From NCBI GenBank assembly GCA_945904015.1, contig CAMDPK010000005.1, positions 1-64,000 of the forward strand: a stretch of 64,000 nucleotides of DNA, written 5' to 3'. The position numbers were made by a program, and so were the translations under genes. Positions 19,549 through 27,780 of this stretch are shown in pieces (the first letter of the stretch is position 1; each line of letters opens with the position of its first letter). The notes beneath the pieces were generated by a model. That model had not been told where the DNA came from. It made no database searches and worked only from the letters and a program-made list of their open reading frames with translations. This stretch comes from Candidatus Kuenenia stuttgartensis (GTDB taxonomy: Bacteria; Planctomycetota; Planctomycetia; Planctomycetales; Planctomycetaceae).

Positions 19549-21894
19549 ATGTCTCGGTTGTTCTCGTTCCTGTGCCGCACCCCGCGACCAGCACGTCGCA
19601 GAGCCTCGCGTGCGCTCGGCGCGGGTCTCCCGACCCCGCCGGTGGAATGTCTGGAGTCCCGGCAGCTTCTGGCCGCCACCCCCATCACCGCTGACGAAGT
19701 CACGCTGCTGCTGAATCGCGCGGCCGTCGCAACCAATTCGGAAGACGCCATCATCGCCGTCGTGGATCGCGGCGGACGAATCCTGGGAGTGCGTGTCGAA
19801 CAGTCGGTGATCACCGAGGACAAAAACGTCAACGGCATGTTGGATCCGGGCGAGGACAAGAACGCCAACGGCATCATTGACGGCATTGACGCCATGTCCA
19901 ACGGCGGTAACGGGAATGGACTGATCGATCCCGGTAGTGCCGAAGAAGAAACGCTCGTGTTTGCCATCGACGGAGCCGTTGCGAAAGCTCGCACCGCCGC
20001 GTTCTTCGCCAACGGCACGTCGGATTCTCGAATCGATCCCGAAACTGGAGTGGCCCCGGCCATCGGAACAGCGACGCCAACCGTCGGTCCACTGACATCG
20101 CGCACCGTGCGATTCATCAGTCAAACCACGATCACGCAGCGCGAGATGCAGTCGAACCCCAACGCCGACCCAATTCTGGAATCGGACGTCCGCGGCCCAG
20201 GCTATGTGGCTCCGGTCGGTATCGGCGGACACTTCCCGCCAGCGATTGCACACACGCCGCAGGTCGATCTGTTCGGCATCGAGCACACCAATCGCGACAG
20301 CATCGTGCATCCCGGAGCGAACTCAATCCGCGAAACCACGGACCCGACTCTGACCGTCCTCGGTGGAGTCGGCGACGGGAAAGACCTCCTGCTGCCGGGT
20401 CGCTTCAACACCACCTACGAGCCAGGCAAAGACATCGAGGCTCCCGAAAGTTACGGCTTCACTTCGCGGCGCATGACCGAAGCTCAGTCGCGCGGCATCG
20501 CGACTCTGCCCGGCGGAATTCCGCTGTACCGTGACTTTGATGTCGTCGGTGGCATCGGCGTCTTCTTCCCGGGCACGGTTGATGCGGACGGAGCCGGTCC
20601 GCAACAACTCGGCGACGCGACGTTCGAGCAAGGCTTCGTCCCCGGCATCAAACAAACCGAAGCTCAACGCACGAACGCTCCGAAGGTGCTGGAGGCGGAA
20701 TACATCGCGTTCGCGGCAGCCGGCGGCGCGACCTTCGGTGGACTCGCCGCGAAGGACAAAATCGGAGCGATCACCGGTTTGGACGGAATCCCCCTCGACC
20801 CTTCGCCGTTCCTGTTGCCGTTCGGACGGATTGATCTCGTTGGCATCACGCTGCAAATCATCGGCCCGACCGCGGGAGTCTCCGGCGTTCGCACGGTCGA
20901 AGCGCTCGGTAAAAAACTTGGAGTCGGCCACAACACTGGTGCCAACCAAGTCGTCGATCCTGGTGCGGACTTTGATCCGACGACGCTGGGCGACAACCTC
21001 ATCGTGCGAGATGGCGTCGATGTCCCCGAAGGTTGGCTCGTCATGCCACACGCGGGCAGCTCGCTGACCGAGGACAACGTGCGGGACATCATCGAGCAAG
21101 GCATTGCCACCGCCAACGCCACGCGAGCCGCAATTCGCCTCAAAGTCACGAACACAATAAAAGGGACGACGGTCTCCGGTGCGCGAACTCGCATGGTGTT
21201 TGCTGTCACCGATACGGATGGCAGCATTCTGGGCCTGTACCGCATGCACGACGCGACGGTCTTTTCGATCGATGTCGCCGTCGCGAAAGCTCGCAACACG
21301 GCCTACTACGCCGACGCCGCGCAACTGGCACTCAACCCCGGCGATAAGGTGGATGACGACAACGTTGGCGGAGCCGACGTGCCGCTCGGCACTGCGTTCA
21401 CCAACCGCACGTTTCGCTTCTTGGCCGAACCGCGTTATCCCCAAGGGGTCGATGGCAGCAAGCAAGGCGACTTCTCGATCCTCAACGACCCCGGCTTCAA
21501 GACCGATTTGCTGAAATCGAAAAATCCGACCATCGCCGCCGGAGCGGTCGAGAACCTCGCTGACCCCTTCTCTGCGTCGGTGTTCTCTTCGTCGACCACA
21601 TCGGTGTTCGGTTACGACTCGTTCAACCCAGGAAGCAATTTCCGACAGGTGGCAAACATCGCCAATCAAAACGGCGTCATTTTCTTCCCTGGCAGCGCAC
21701 CGGTCTACAACGCCCTCGGCACGCTGCTTGTCGGTGGCTTTGGCGTCAGCGGTGACGGCGTCGATCAAGACGACGTCGTGACCTTCTTCGGAGTGAACGG
21801 CTTCCGTCCGCCCGCAGCCATTCAGGCCGATCAGTTCCTCGTGCGTGGTACACGGTTGCCGTACCAAAAGTTCAACCGCAATCCGTTCGCATAG
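19549..21894 (+). CDS. secreted protein with two DUF336 (GlcG/HbpS-like, putative heme-binding) domains
   Basis: ORF 19417-21894. Likely start MSRLFSFLCRTPRPARRRASRALG (19549). Two segments, AIIAVVDRGGRILGVRVEQS...VFAIDGAVAKARTAAFFA and MVFAVTDTDGSILGLYRMHDATVFSIDVAVAKARNTAYYA, match the DUF336 pattern. Confidence 0.5.
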   Translation: MSRLFSFLCRTPRPARRRASRALGAGLPTPPVECLESRQLLAATPITADEVTLLLNRAAVATNSEDAIIAVVDRGGRILGVRVEQSVITEDKNVNGMLDPGEDKNANGIIDGIDAMSNGGNGNGLIDPGSAEEETLVFAIDGAVAKARTAAFFANGTSDSRIDPETGVAPAIGTATPTVGPLTSRTVRFISQTTITQREMQSNPNADPILESDVRGPGYVAPVGIGGHFPPAIAHTPQVDLFGIEHTNRDSIVHPGANSIRETTDPTLTVLGGVGDGKDLLLPGRFNTTYEPGKDIEAPESYGFTSRRMTEAQSRGIATLPGGIPLYRDFDVVGGIGVFFPGTVDADGAGPQQLGDATFEQGFVPGIKQTEAQRTNAPKVLEAEYIAFAAAGGATFGGLAAKDKIGAITGLDGIPLDPSPFLLPFGRIDLVGITLQIIGPTAGVSGVRTVEALGKKLGVGHNTGANQVVDPGADFDPTTLGDNLIVRDGVDVPEGWLVMPHAGSSLTEDNVRDIIEQGIATANATRAAIRLKVTNTIKGTTVSGARTRMVFAVTDTDGSILGLYRMHDATVFSIDVAVAKARNTAYYADAAQLALNPGDKVDDDNVGGADVPLGTAFTNRTFRFLAEPRYPQGVDGSKQGDFSILNDPGFKTDLLKSKNPTIAAGAVENLADPFSASVFSSSTTSVFGYDSFNPGSNFRQVANIANQNGVIFFPGSAPVYNALGTLLVGGFGVSGDGVDQDDVVTFFGVNGFRPPAAIQADQFLVRGTRLPYQKFNRNPFA

Positions 21895-21947
21895 TCCGCC
21901 ACCGGCGGATTGCCCGTCCCTGCCTTCACAACCAAAGACGGGCAAGA

Positions 21948-22358
21948 GTGCCCATCCTCCAAAACAAAGTCGCCATGATGGCCCACTCCAACTCTCTCGC
22001 TCGACTCATCGGGCTGATCTTGTTTGGCGTGCTCGTTTCAAGTTGTGCCGTGTTGCGAGCCGGCAATCACCACTGCGACACCTGCGAGCGCTATGACCGC
22101 CACGCCTGCGCCGGCTGGCCACAGTGCATCTCGCGCTGGGCACGCCCGTCCTACGGCTGCCACGAGTCAGGCTGCTACGTCGGCGGCGGCGCACCGTTTC
22201 ATGGCGACGGTCGCTGCGCCCACGAAGGGACATGGGGCTGGGACTACCACGGCCGCCTCTTCACCAAACGCATCTGGCTCGGCTGGCACCACGGCCGCCG
22301 CGATCAAGGCGGCACCGGAGCGTACAAGACCGACGGCCCGCACCTGCTGCATCACTGA
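21948..22358 (+). CDS. small Cys/His-rich putative lipoprotein
   Basis: Lipobox-like LVSSC after a hydrophobic segment. 8 Cys and 9 His in ~100 mature residues (CDTCERYDRHAC, CHESGC, HGDGRCAHEG, ends HLLHH). Metal binding is an inference. Confidence 0.35.
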   Translation: MPILQNKVAMMAHSNSLARLIGLILFGVLVSSCAVLRAGNHHCDTCERYDRHACAGWPQCISRWARPSYGCHESGCYVGGGAPFHGDGRCAHEGTWGWDYHGRLFTKRIWLGWHHGRRDQGGTGAYKTDGPHLLHH

Positions 22359-22771
22359 GGCGGAATGTTCTCGATACCAGAACCTGTTCGACAGCAGGTC
22401 GTCCCGAATGCGCTCTTGATGACGTCCGGCCGTCGCAAAGCGTAAGCGATCCACACGACGACTCCGATGATGATGGGCATGAAAAACGGATCACCGACCC
22501 GCACATGCGTCGCGGTGGCTCCGCCGAGATAACCCGTCAACAGGATCGCCCCGAGAAATGACGTCCGAGGGATCAGAAACACGACCGTCGCGACAACTTC
22601 CACAACACCGATTATGAGCATCGTGTCGGAGTCATAGCCGAGCTTCACGAACATCTCTTTCTTGCCTTCCCATTCCGTGAACTTCCCCGACGCGCTCGCT
22701 CCGATCAGCATCGCAGCGAGCAAACCGCTCAAAATCCAACCTGCAATTCGCTGCGTCTTCGATGCCACCAT
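22352..22771 (-). CDS. DoxX-like small membrane protein
   Basis: 139 aa, four hydrophobic helices. Pattern resembles the DoxX family. Confidence 0.45.
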   Translation of the reverse strand: MVASKTQRIAGWILSGLLAAMLIGASASGKFTEWEGKKEMFVKLGYDSDTMLIIGVVEVVATVVFLIPRTSFLGAILLTGYLGGATATHVRVGDPFFMPIIIGVVVWIAYALRRPDVIKSAFGTTCCRTGSGIENIPPQ

Positions 22772-22845
22772 GATGTCTCCTCTTTTGCGAAAATGGTTTC
22801 GAAACGGATGTCGCCCTTCCGCCCAATGTCGCCCTTCCGCCCAAT

Positions 22846-22971
22846 GTAGCCCTGTCGCTCCGCGACAGGAAAGCCGAACTGTCGGTTGACGTCATTCGCG
22901 CGACCGACCCGTAATAGCCAATCAGCGTCAATCGCGCGCTCGGCTATCCAGTCGCTGAGCGACAGGGCTAC
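22846..22971. repeat. REPIN (family F1) flanking RAYT, preceded by 18-bp tandem duplication
   Basis: GTAGCCCTGTCGCTCCGCGACAGG ... CCAGTCGCTGAGCGACAGGGCTAC. Immediately upstream, GTCGCCCTTCCGCCCAAT is repeated twice in tandem (22810-22845). Confidence 0.8.
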
Positions 22972-23690
22972 AACGGCTTCGAGTAATGCAAATACTCATT
23001 TGGCTTCAGCCACGCGTTCGGGCCGTTGTTCGCGATGTAGCGGCGAAAGGCGTCGAAGTGGTCGGGCGAGCGGATCAGGTGATCGAAGCCGTCTTGCTGC
23101 CAGAAGTGGCCGGAGGCTCCGAGTTGTCGGTTGATTTCGCGAGCGGTGAAGTGCTTCCACGATTCGCATTGGACCAGCATCCCGTCTTCATCGACGAAAG
23201 CCGCGAGCAAATGGACGTGGTTGGGCATGACCACGACATCGGTCAATTCATATCGCTCGCCGTCAAACTTGAGCAAGCTGTCGCCGACGATCTTCGCCAC
23301 CGACGGATCGCGCAGCACGCACGCGCCGTGGCAGGTACGGGTGGCACAGGTTCGCAGAACCTGTGTGCCGAAGGCATTGGAAACTCGGAGTCAGCGCGGA
23401 TTCCATGACCAGCCCTCAATCGCGATTGAGCACGAACTCCGAATTTCCAATGCTTCGCACACAGCTTGAAGCAAACTGTGCCACCCGCGCGAGTCGATGC
23501 CGTGTCGGCGAAGCCACTCCTCTCGATCCGCGTGCCAGCGATTGAGCACCGATTTGGGGATCGAGTCGATCGTTCGCCAAGTGATGAAGCAGACGGTTCC
23601 CGCCTGCGACCAATGCGGCAACTTGCGTTCGACGATGGAGAACTCGGCGTTCGGATCAAACACCTGCAACGGCCAAAGCGAAGAAGCCAT
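22968..23690 (-). mobile_element. REP-associated tyrosine transposase (RAYT/TnpA_REP, IS200-like HUH-Y1), disrupted
   Basis: N-terminal part RKLPHWSQAGTVCFITWRTIDSIP... (ORF 23391-23786) and C-terminal part ...LRDPSVAKIVGDSLLKFDGERYELTDVVVMPNHVHLLAAF...FWQQDGFDHL...FRRYIANN (ORF 22968-23318) are in the same frame. An in-frame TGA at 23391-23393 separates them. The HUH motif and C-terminal Tyr are present. REPINs flank both sides. Confidence 0.75.
23340..23487. repeat. hairpin-flanked ~148-nt insertion inside the RAYT reading frame (REPIN/MITE-like)
   Basis: Left end GGTGGCACAGGTTCGCAGAACCTGTGTGCC and right end GCACACAGCTTGAAGCAAACTGTGCCACC are inverted copies, and each is itself a hairpin. 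Internal perfect palindrome CTCAATCGCGATTGAG. The segment adds ~48 codons, including the stop, at the position where the RAYT ...WLRRH / GHGAC... regions should be closer. Confidence 0.5.
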
Positions 23691-23724
23691 GTCGAGTCTC
23701 GCGCGAAGGGAGGCGTCGCAAAAT

Positions 23725-23850
23725 GTAGCCCTGTCGCTCCGCGACAGGAAAGCCGAACGGTCGTTTGACGTCGTCCGCGCGATCAACCCACAACAGCCAA
23801 TCCACGTCGTTCGCGCGCTCGGCTAACCTGTCGCGGAGCGACAGGGCTAC
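23725..23850. repeat. REPIN (family F1) flanking RAYT
   Basis: GTAGCCCTGTCGCTCCGCGACAGG ... CCTGTCGCGGAGCGACAGGGCTAC. It overlaps the spurious N-terminal extension of the RAYT ORF. Confidence 0.8.
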
Positions 23851-23890
23851 TTTCACTCGCCAGGAATCTCTAGCAACACGAAATCACTTT

Positions 23891-24697
23891 TCAATGCCCG
23901 CTTTGGGCAGGCATCGTGATTCCAGAGACAGCAATCGAGAATGCGGAAATTGCAGGAACGACACACGTTCCGCTGATTGCTTGGACCGGGAGTGCCTCTG
24001 CTGACGGCATGTCAACAATCCGACGGCCATCAAAGTAGTTGTCCGCAGCCGGATAGATCTTCGGATGAAGACTTCCAATGAGCTTGAAAAACTCATCACG
24101 TAAAGTGCGGCAGAAATCGGCGAAGTAGACGAATGGGTTGAGGTCAACTTCATCCCAGATGCTCTTGTCGTCCCACTCACCAAAAGCTGCGTTTTGCATC
24201 GCGATTTTAGGGACCATTAACAGGCCATCGTTGACACGCGCAGGCATCCGTGGTCCATGCATGATGTGGCTACGAGCAGCGTAAAAATCTTGGAGGGGAC
24301 CGTAGAACGCACCACCCATCCCTAGAGTTTCGTCAATGAGTTTGAACATGTCTCGAATATGGCCGATCAAAGTCACCAATTGCATTAACCGCTGTTGCTC
24401 AACGAGAAACATGGACAAGTCACTCACCGCTCCGGAAGTAGCGTCCAACGAGGTGGCAAGATTGTCCAGTTGGTGAGCTTCGACAGCGAACGTGTAGTGT
24501 GCTTGCGAGAACTTCTTTCGTTTCCGCTCCTTATCCGCCGTCAACCCGTTGATCGGCAACGACCATCCGCGTCCATTGTGTCCGATGAAAGCTGCCCAAA
24601 TCGGCTCGTAGGACGGAAGACGCTCGCGAATCCATGTTGCGTACTGCGACTCGAAAGCATCGCCTTGCTCAAGTTTCATGGTGTGGGAGTACCTCAA
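23891..24697 (-). CDS. hypothetical protein in ~1-kb low-GC islet (possible HEPN-like Rx4H motif)
   Basis: 268 aa, no signal peptide. Local GC is visibly lower (~50%) than the flanks. Contains ...AARSHIMHGP, an R-x4-H arrangement as in HEPN nuclease motifs. Lies between the RAYT/REPIN and argG. Confidence 0.4.
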   Translation of the reverse strand: MRYSHTMKLEQGDAFESQYATWIRERLPSYEPIWAAFIGHNGRGWSLPINGLTADKERKRKKFSQAHYTFAVEAHQLDNLATSLDATSGAVSDLSMFLVEQQRLMQLVTLIGHIRDMFKLIDETLGMGGAFYGPLQDFYAARSHIMHGPRMPARVNDGLLMVPKIAMQNAAFGEWDDKSIWDEVDLNPFVYFADFCRTLRDEFFKLIGSLHPKIYPAADNYFDGRRIVDMPSAEALPVQAISGTCVVPAISAFSIAVSGITMPAQSGH

Positions 24698-24844
24698 GCT
24701 AAAGTCACTCTGGCGGTTAATCGTGGGCGAACTGCTTCGGAATGTGAAACTATCTATCTGTTAGCAGATTTCCTAGTAACCTCACTCTGCTTCGATTCGC
24801 TTGCCGCAGACTCTTCGCCCGGCCAGAATCGCAACTGCATCGTG

Positions 24845-24876
24845 AATTTGAAATCTCAATTTGAAATCTGAAATCT
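24845..24876 (+). promoter_or_regulatory. direct repeats AATTTGAAATCT x2 (plus partial third) 17-48 nt upstream of argG ATG
   Basis: Read directly. An AT-rich block in an otherwise GC-rich genome, inside the divergent intergenic region. Confidence 0.3.
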
Positions 24877-24892
24877 TCAGGAAGGTGCATTC

Positions 24893-26107
24893 ATGCCGTC
24901 GTGCGTTTTGGCTTATTCGGGTGGGCTCGACACGTCTGTGATTCTCTGTTGGCTGCAAGAGCAAGGTTACGACTGCCATGCGGTGTATGTGGACCTCGGC
25001 CAGCCGTGCGAGGATCGGCAGGCGATTTTGCAGAAGGCGAAGAACTGCGGAGCGAAGACTTCGCAGATCGTGGATGTGCAGGAAGAGCTGTGTCGCGACT
25101 TCGCGTTTCCGATCATGCAGTTTCAGGCGAAGTACGAAGGCTGGTACTTGCTGGGGACGTCGATCGCTCGGCCGCTGATCGCGAAGGAGTGCGTCCGCAT
25201 CTGCCGCGAGGTCGGGGCCGAGGCGTTCGCTCACGGAGCCACCGGCAAGGGGAACGATCAGTGCCGCTTTCAGCTCGCGGCCGAGGCGCTCAACCCGGCG
25301 GTGCAGATCATCGCTCCGTGGCGGATTGAAAAGTATCGAGCCGCGTTTCCCGGCCGGACGGCGATGATTGATTACTGTGCGAAGAAAAACATTCCGGTGA
25401 AGGCGTCGGTCTCGAAGCCGTACTCGTCCGACGAGAACTGTCTGCACATCAGCTATGAAGCGGGCCAGCTCGAAGAGCTAACGACCAACGGCGTCGAACT
25501 GGTCGAGTTCGGCATGTGCGTCACGCCAATGGCCGCTCCCGACAAACCGGAGACGATCACGATTCACTTCGAGTCGGGCGTGCCGGTGTCGCTTAACGGG
25601 CAGAAGAAGTCGGCGCTGGAGATGGTCAAGGACCTCAACACGATCGGCGGCCGGAACGGAGTCGGCATCATCGACATGGTCGAGAACCGCTTTGTCGGCA
25701 TGAAGAGCCGCGGCGTGTACGAGGCTCCCGGCATGACGATCCTGTATCACGCTCACCGCGTCGTCGAGCAACTGACGATGGACCGCGACCTGATGCACCT
25801 CCGCGACCGCCTCGCGCCGGAAGTCGCCGAGATGGTGTACTACGGCTTCTGGTATCACGCGAAGATGGACGCTCTGCTGGCCTTCAACCAGAACGCTCAA
25901 CGCTTCGTCACCGGCGACGTCACGCTGAAGCTCTACAAAGGCAACATCATCACCGCCGCGCGCAGCAGCCCGAACAGCCTCTACGACGAAGGCATCGCCA
26001 CGATGGAGGGGGGCGGGAGCTACAACCAAACCGACGCCGAAGGGTTCTTGCGGATTCAAGGCTTGCCAGGGCGAGTGCAAGGGCGAGTCACGCCGCGCAG
26101 TTATTGA
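24893..26107 (+). CDS. argG: argininosuccinate synthase
   Basis: MPSCVLAYSGGLDTSVILCWLQEQGYDCHAVYVDLGQ is the PP-loop ATP pyrophosphatase motif. Full-length 404 aa, with strong family-level conservation throughout. Confidence 0.9.
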   Translation: MPSCVLAYSGGLDTSVILCWLQEQGYDCHAVYVDLGQPCEDRQAILQKAKNCGAKTSQIVDVQEELCRDFAFPIMQFQAKYEGWYLLGTSIARPLIAKECVRICREVGAEAFAHGATGKGNDQCRFQLAAEALNPAVQIIAPWRIEKYRAAFPGRTAMIDYCAKKNIPVKASVSKPYSSDENCLHISYEAGQLEELTTNGVELVEFGMCVTPMAAPDKPETITIHFESGVPVSLNGQKKSALEMVKDLNTIGGRNGVGIIDMVENRFVGMKSRGVYEAPGMTILYHAHRVVEQLTMDRDLMHLRDRLAPEVAEMVYYGFWYHAKMDALLAFNQNAQRFVTGDVTLKLYKGNIITAARSSPNSLYDEGIATMEGGGSYNQTDAEGFLRIQGLPGRVQGRVTPRSY

Positions 26108-26129
26108 GCGGCATCGGCCTTGCCCGGTT

Positions 26130-26293
26130 CCCTCTCCCTTTGGGAGAGGGCTAAGGTGAGGGAGCCAAGCAACGTTTGACGTCCATCCACTCACCAAACT
26201 TGCCTTCTGATGCGGTTGATTTCGCGAATCGACATCAACTCACCGCTCGTCCCTCACCCGGCCTTCGGCCACCCTCTCCCAAAGGGAGAGGGA
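26130..26293. repeat. inverted pair of hairpins (family F4: CCCTCTCCCTTTGGGAGAGGG / CCCTCTCCCAAAGGGAGAGGG)
   Basis: Two self-complementary 21-mers in opposite orientation, ~120 nt apart, directly after the argG stop. Each translates as PLPKGEG in spurious ORFs. Confidence 0.55.
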
Positions 26294-26308
26294 CTTGGAA
26301 CTGCCCGA

Positions 26309-26713
26309 ATGGCAATTCATCGCATGTTTTTGAAAGGCCCGTGGGAGGTTCGGCGGTTGGATTGTGATGAGCCGTCACGCCGCGTCACGCTGCCGGCGAG
26401 TTGGCAGACAATCTTTGAAGGAAGCAGTTGCGAACGCGCCGAGTTCCGCAGGACGTTCAATCAGCCGACGAACCTCGAATCGCACGAGCATGTCTGGATC
26501 GTGTTCCAAGGCGTGCGCGGCGCGGCCTGGGTGGACATCAACGGCCAACGACTTGGCGGGATCGACATCGCTCAAGAAACGGCAGAGTTTGAAATCACTC
26601 CGCACCTCGCGCTGCACAACGAACTGGTCGTGCAACTCACGTTCGATGTCGGAAGCCCGACCGATCAGCCCGGCGGCTTATGGGGACCAGTGGCGTTGGA
26701 AATTCGCTCGTAG
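26309..26713 (+). CDS. small protein resembling the N-terminal sugar-binding (jelly-roll) domain of GH2 glycosidases
   Basis: ...LPASWQTIFEGSSCERAEFRRTFNQP...HVWIVFQGVRGAAWVDINGQRLGGIDIAQETAEFEITPHLALHNELVVQLTFD follows the GH2-N pattern (W...F..P......L.F.GV...A.V.vNG..vG...G...FEfdIT..L...N.L.V.v). No catalytic domain follows. Start uncertain (26309 or 26324). Confidence 0.45.
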   Translation: MAIHRMFLKGPWEVRRLDCDEPSRRVTLPASWQTIFEGSSCERAEFRRTFNQPTNLESHEHVWIVFQGVRGAAWVDINGQRLGGIDIAQETAEFEITPHLALHNELVVQLTFDVGSPTDQPGGLWGPVALEIRS

Positions 26714-26791
26714 GTCAGGCTTCCCAGCCTGACTCGAACGGGCATCGACGCGGGTAGCAGCATTCGAGTCAGGCTAGGAAGCCTGACCTAC
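26710..26791. repeat. 82-nt palindromic repeat element (family F2), second copy
   Basis: GTAGGTCAGGCTTCCCAGCCTGACTCGAAC...TTCGAGTCAGGCTAGGAAGCCTGACCTAC. It exactly fills the gap between convergent stop codons (26713 and 26793), and its TAG supplies the upstream stop. Confidence 0.7.
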
Positions 26792-26792
26792 G

Positions 26793-27224
26793 TCAATGAG
26801 CATCATGTCCGTGGCCGTGATCGCCATGCGCGTGCGGGTCGGGCATCGTGACTTCGCACCATTGGTTGCAGCAGCCGGAGAGTTGGACGCTGCCGCAGAG
26901 GAACATCAGGCAGAACAACGCAGTCACATAAACCAGCTTGCCGACAAAATTGCTAAGAGTCAGGCCCAGGATGAAGTGGCTTCCACTGTCCGGTGGAGCG
27001 ACGACGCCCCAAATCAGAACCCACACCGCACCGATCAGCAGCACTCCCAGCAAACCACCTTTGGAGACCAGTACCTCGCGCAGCTTGATCCAGTTGACGG
27101 CGCACAGCCAAAAACCGATCCACAGCGCCAACGGAAACCACGGCAGCAGCAACCCGCTGACAGCCCTCAACAAACTCCAGGCAGCGACGAGCAGGTCGCT
27201 CAAGCTGATCAGCAATTCCGACAT
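26793..27224 (-). CDS. membrane protein with Cys/His-rich C-terminus
   Basis: Four hydrophobic helices. Ends ...CCNQWCEVTMPDPHAHGDHGHGHDAH. ATG chosen at 27224 (MSELLISL). Confidence 0.4.
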   Translation of the reverse strand: MSELLISLSDLLVAAWSLLRAVSGLLLPWFPLALWIGFWLCAVNWIKLREVLVSKGGLLGVLLIGAVWVLIWGVVAPPDSGSHFILGLTLSNFVGKLVYVTALFCLMFLCGSVQLSGCCNQWCEVTMPDPHAHGDHGHGHDAH

Positions 27225-27345
27225 GGCAACTCCGAAAATCTCAGGGCGATTCAACCAGAGACCTAGTCTTATGAGGCAACACGGTCTCCTGTGGACGGCG
27301 TCGGACTTTCACAAGAACGACTTTGAAAATCAACCGTCCAATTCC

Positions 27346-27425
27346 AGAGGTTGGCAGAACGATGACAGAAGAGCAAACAACGCCCCGCCAGTCCATCATC
27401 GTTCTGCCCCCATCGTTCTGCCAAT
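27346..27425. repeat. repeat family F6, second copy (TTGGCAGAACGATG ... CATCGTTCTGCC x2)
   Basis: Same motifs as 10557-10602 but in the opposite relative order. Confidence 0.45.
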
Positions 27426-27780
27426 CGCAATACTGCCGAGTCTTCATCCGGTCGGTCTCGATCCGACACTCATCAATTGCTAATGTGAGCGAAACGAAAG
27501 GGCGTCCGATGTCCGAAGTAGAAGCGACTCCGTCACCAGCACCCGTTCCCCCTGAGGAACTCAAACTGGCTTTGAAGGCGTTCAAGAAACGCCTCAAAGC
27601 CACCCGGCTCGATGACGAATCGAGGGTGGGCCACAGCCCGATGTCCAGCGGTGGCAAGTCGAGCATCGATGCCATTATTCCGCCGAGCCAATATCCCGCC
27701 GCGGTCTGGCAAGAGTTGGCCAGGCAAGGCAAGCTGAAGTACGCCACCCAAGGGTTTTACGAATTGGGTGCTCCTTGATC

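Noticed and set aside
19586-19615. N-terminal LESRQLLAA motif of the DUF336 protein as a sorting signal
   Set aside because: I cannot tie this motif to a defined export or sorting system from the sequence alone, so it is not used.
24841-24876. ArgR ARG-box pair upstream of argG
   Set aside because: Only partial similarity to TNTGAATWWWWATTCANW and no dyad symmetry. Kept only as generic direct repeats.
26210-26308. N-terminal extensions of ORFs into repeat elements (26210 start; also 23691-23786 and 48126-48311)
   Set aside because: The extra residues are encoded by palindromic repeats and lack sensible protein features. Downstream ATGs were chosen instead.
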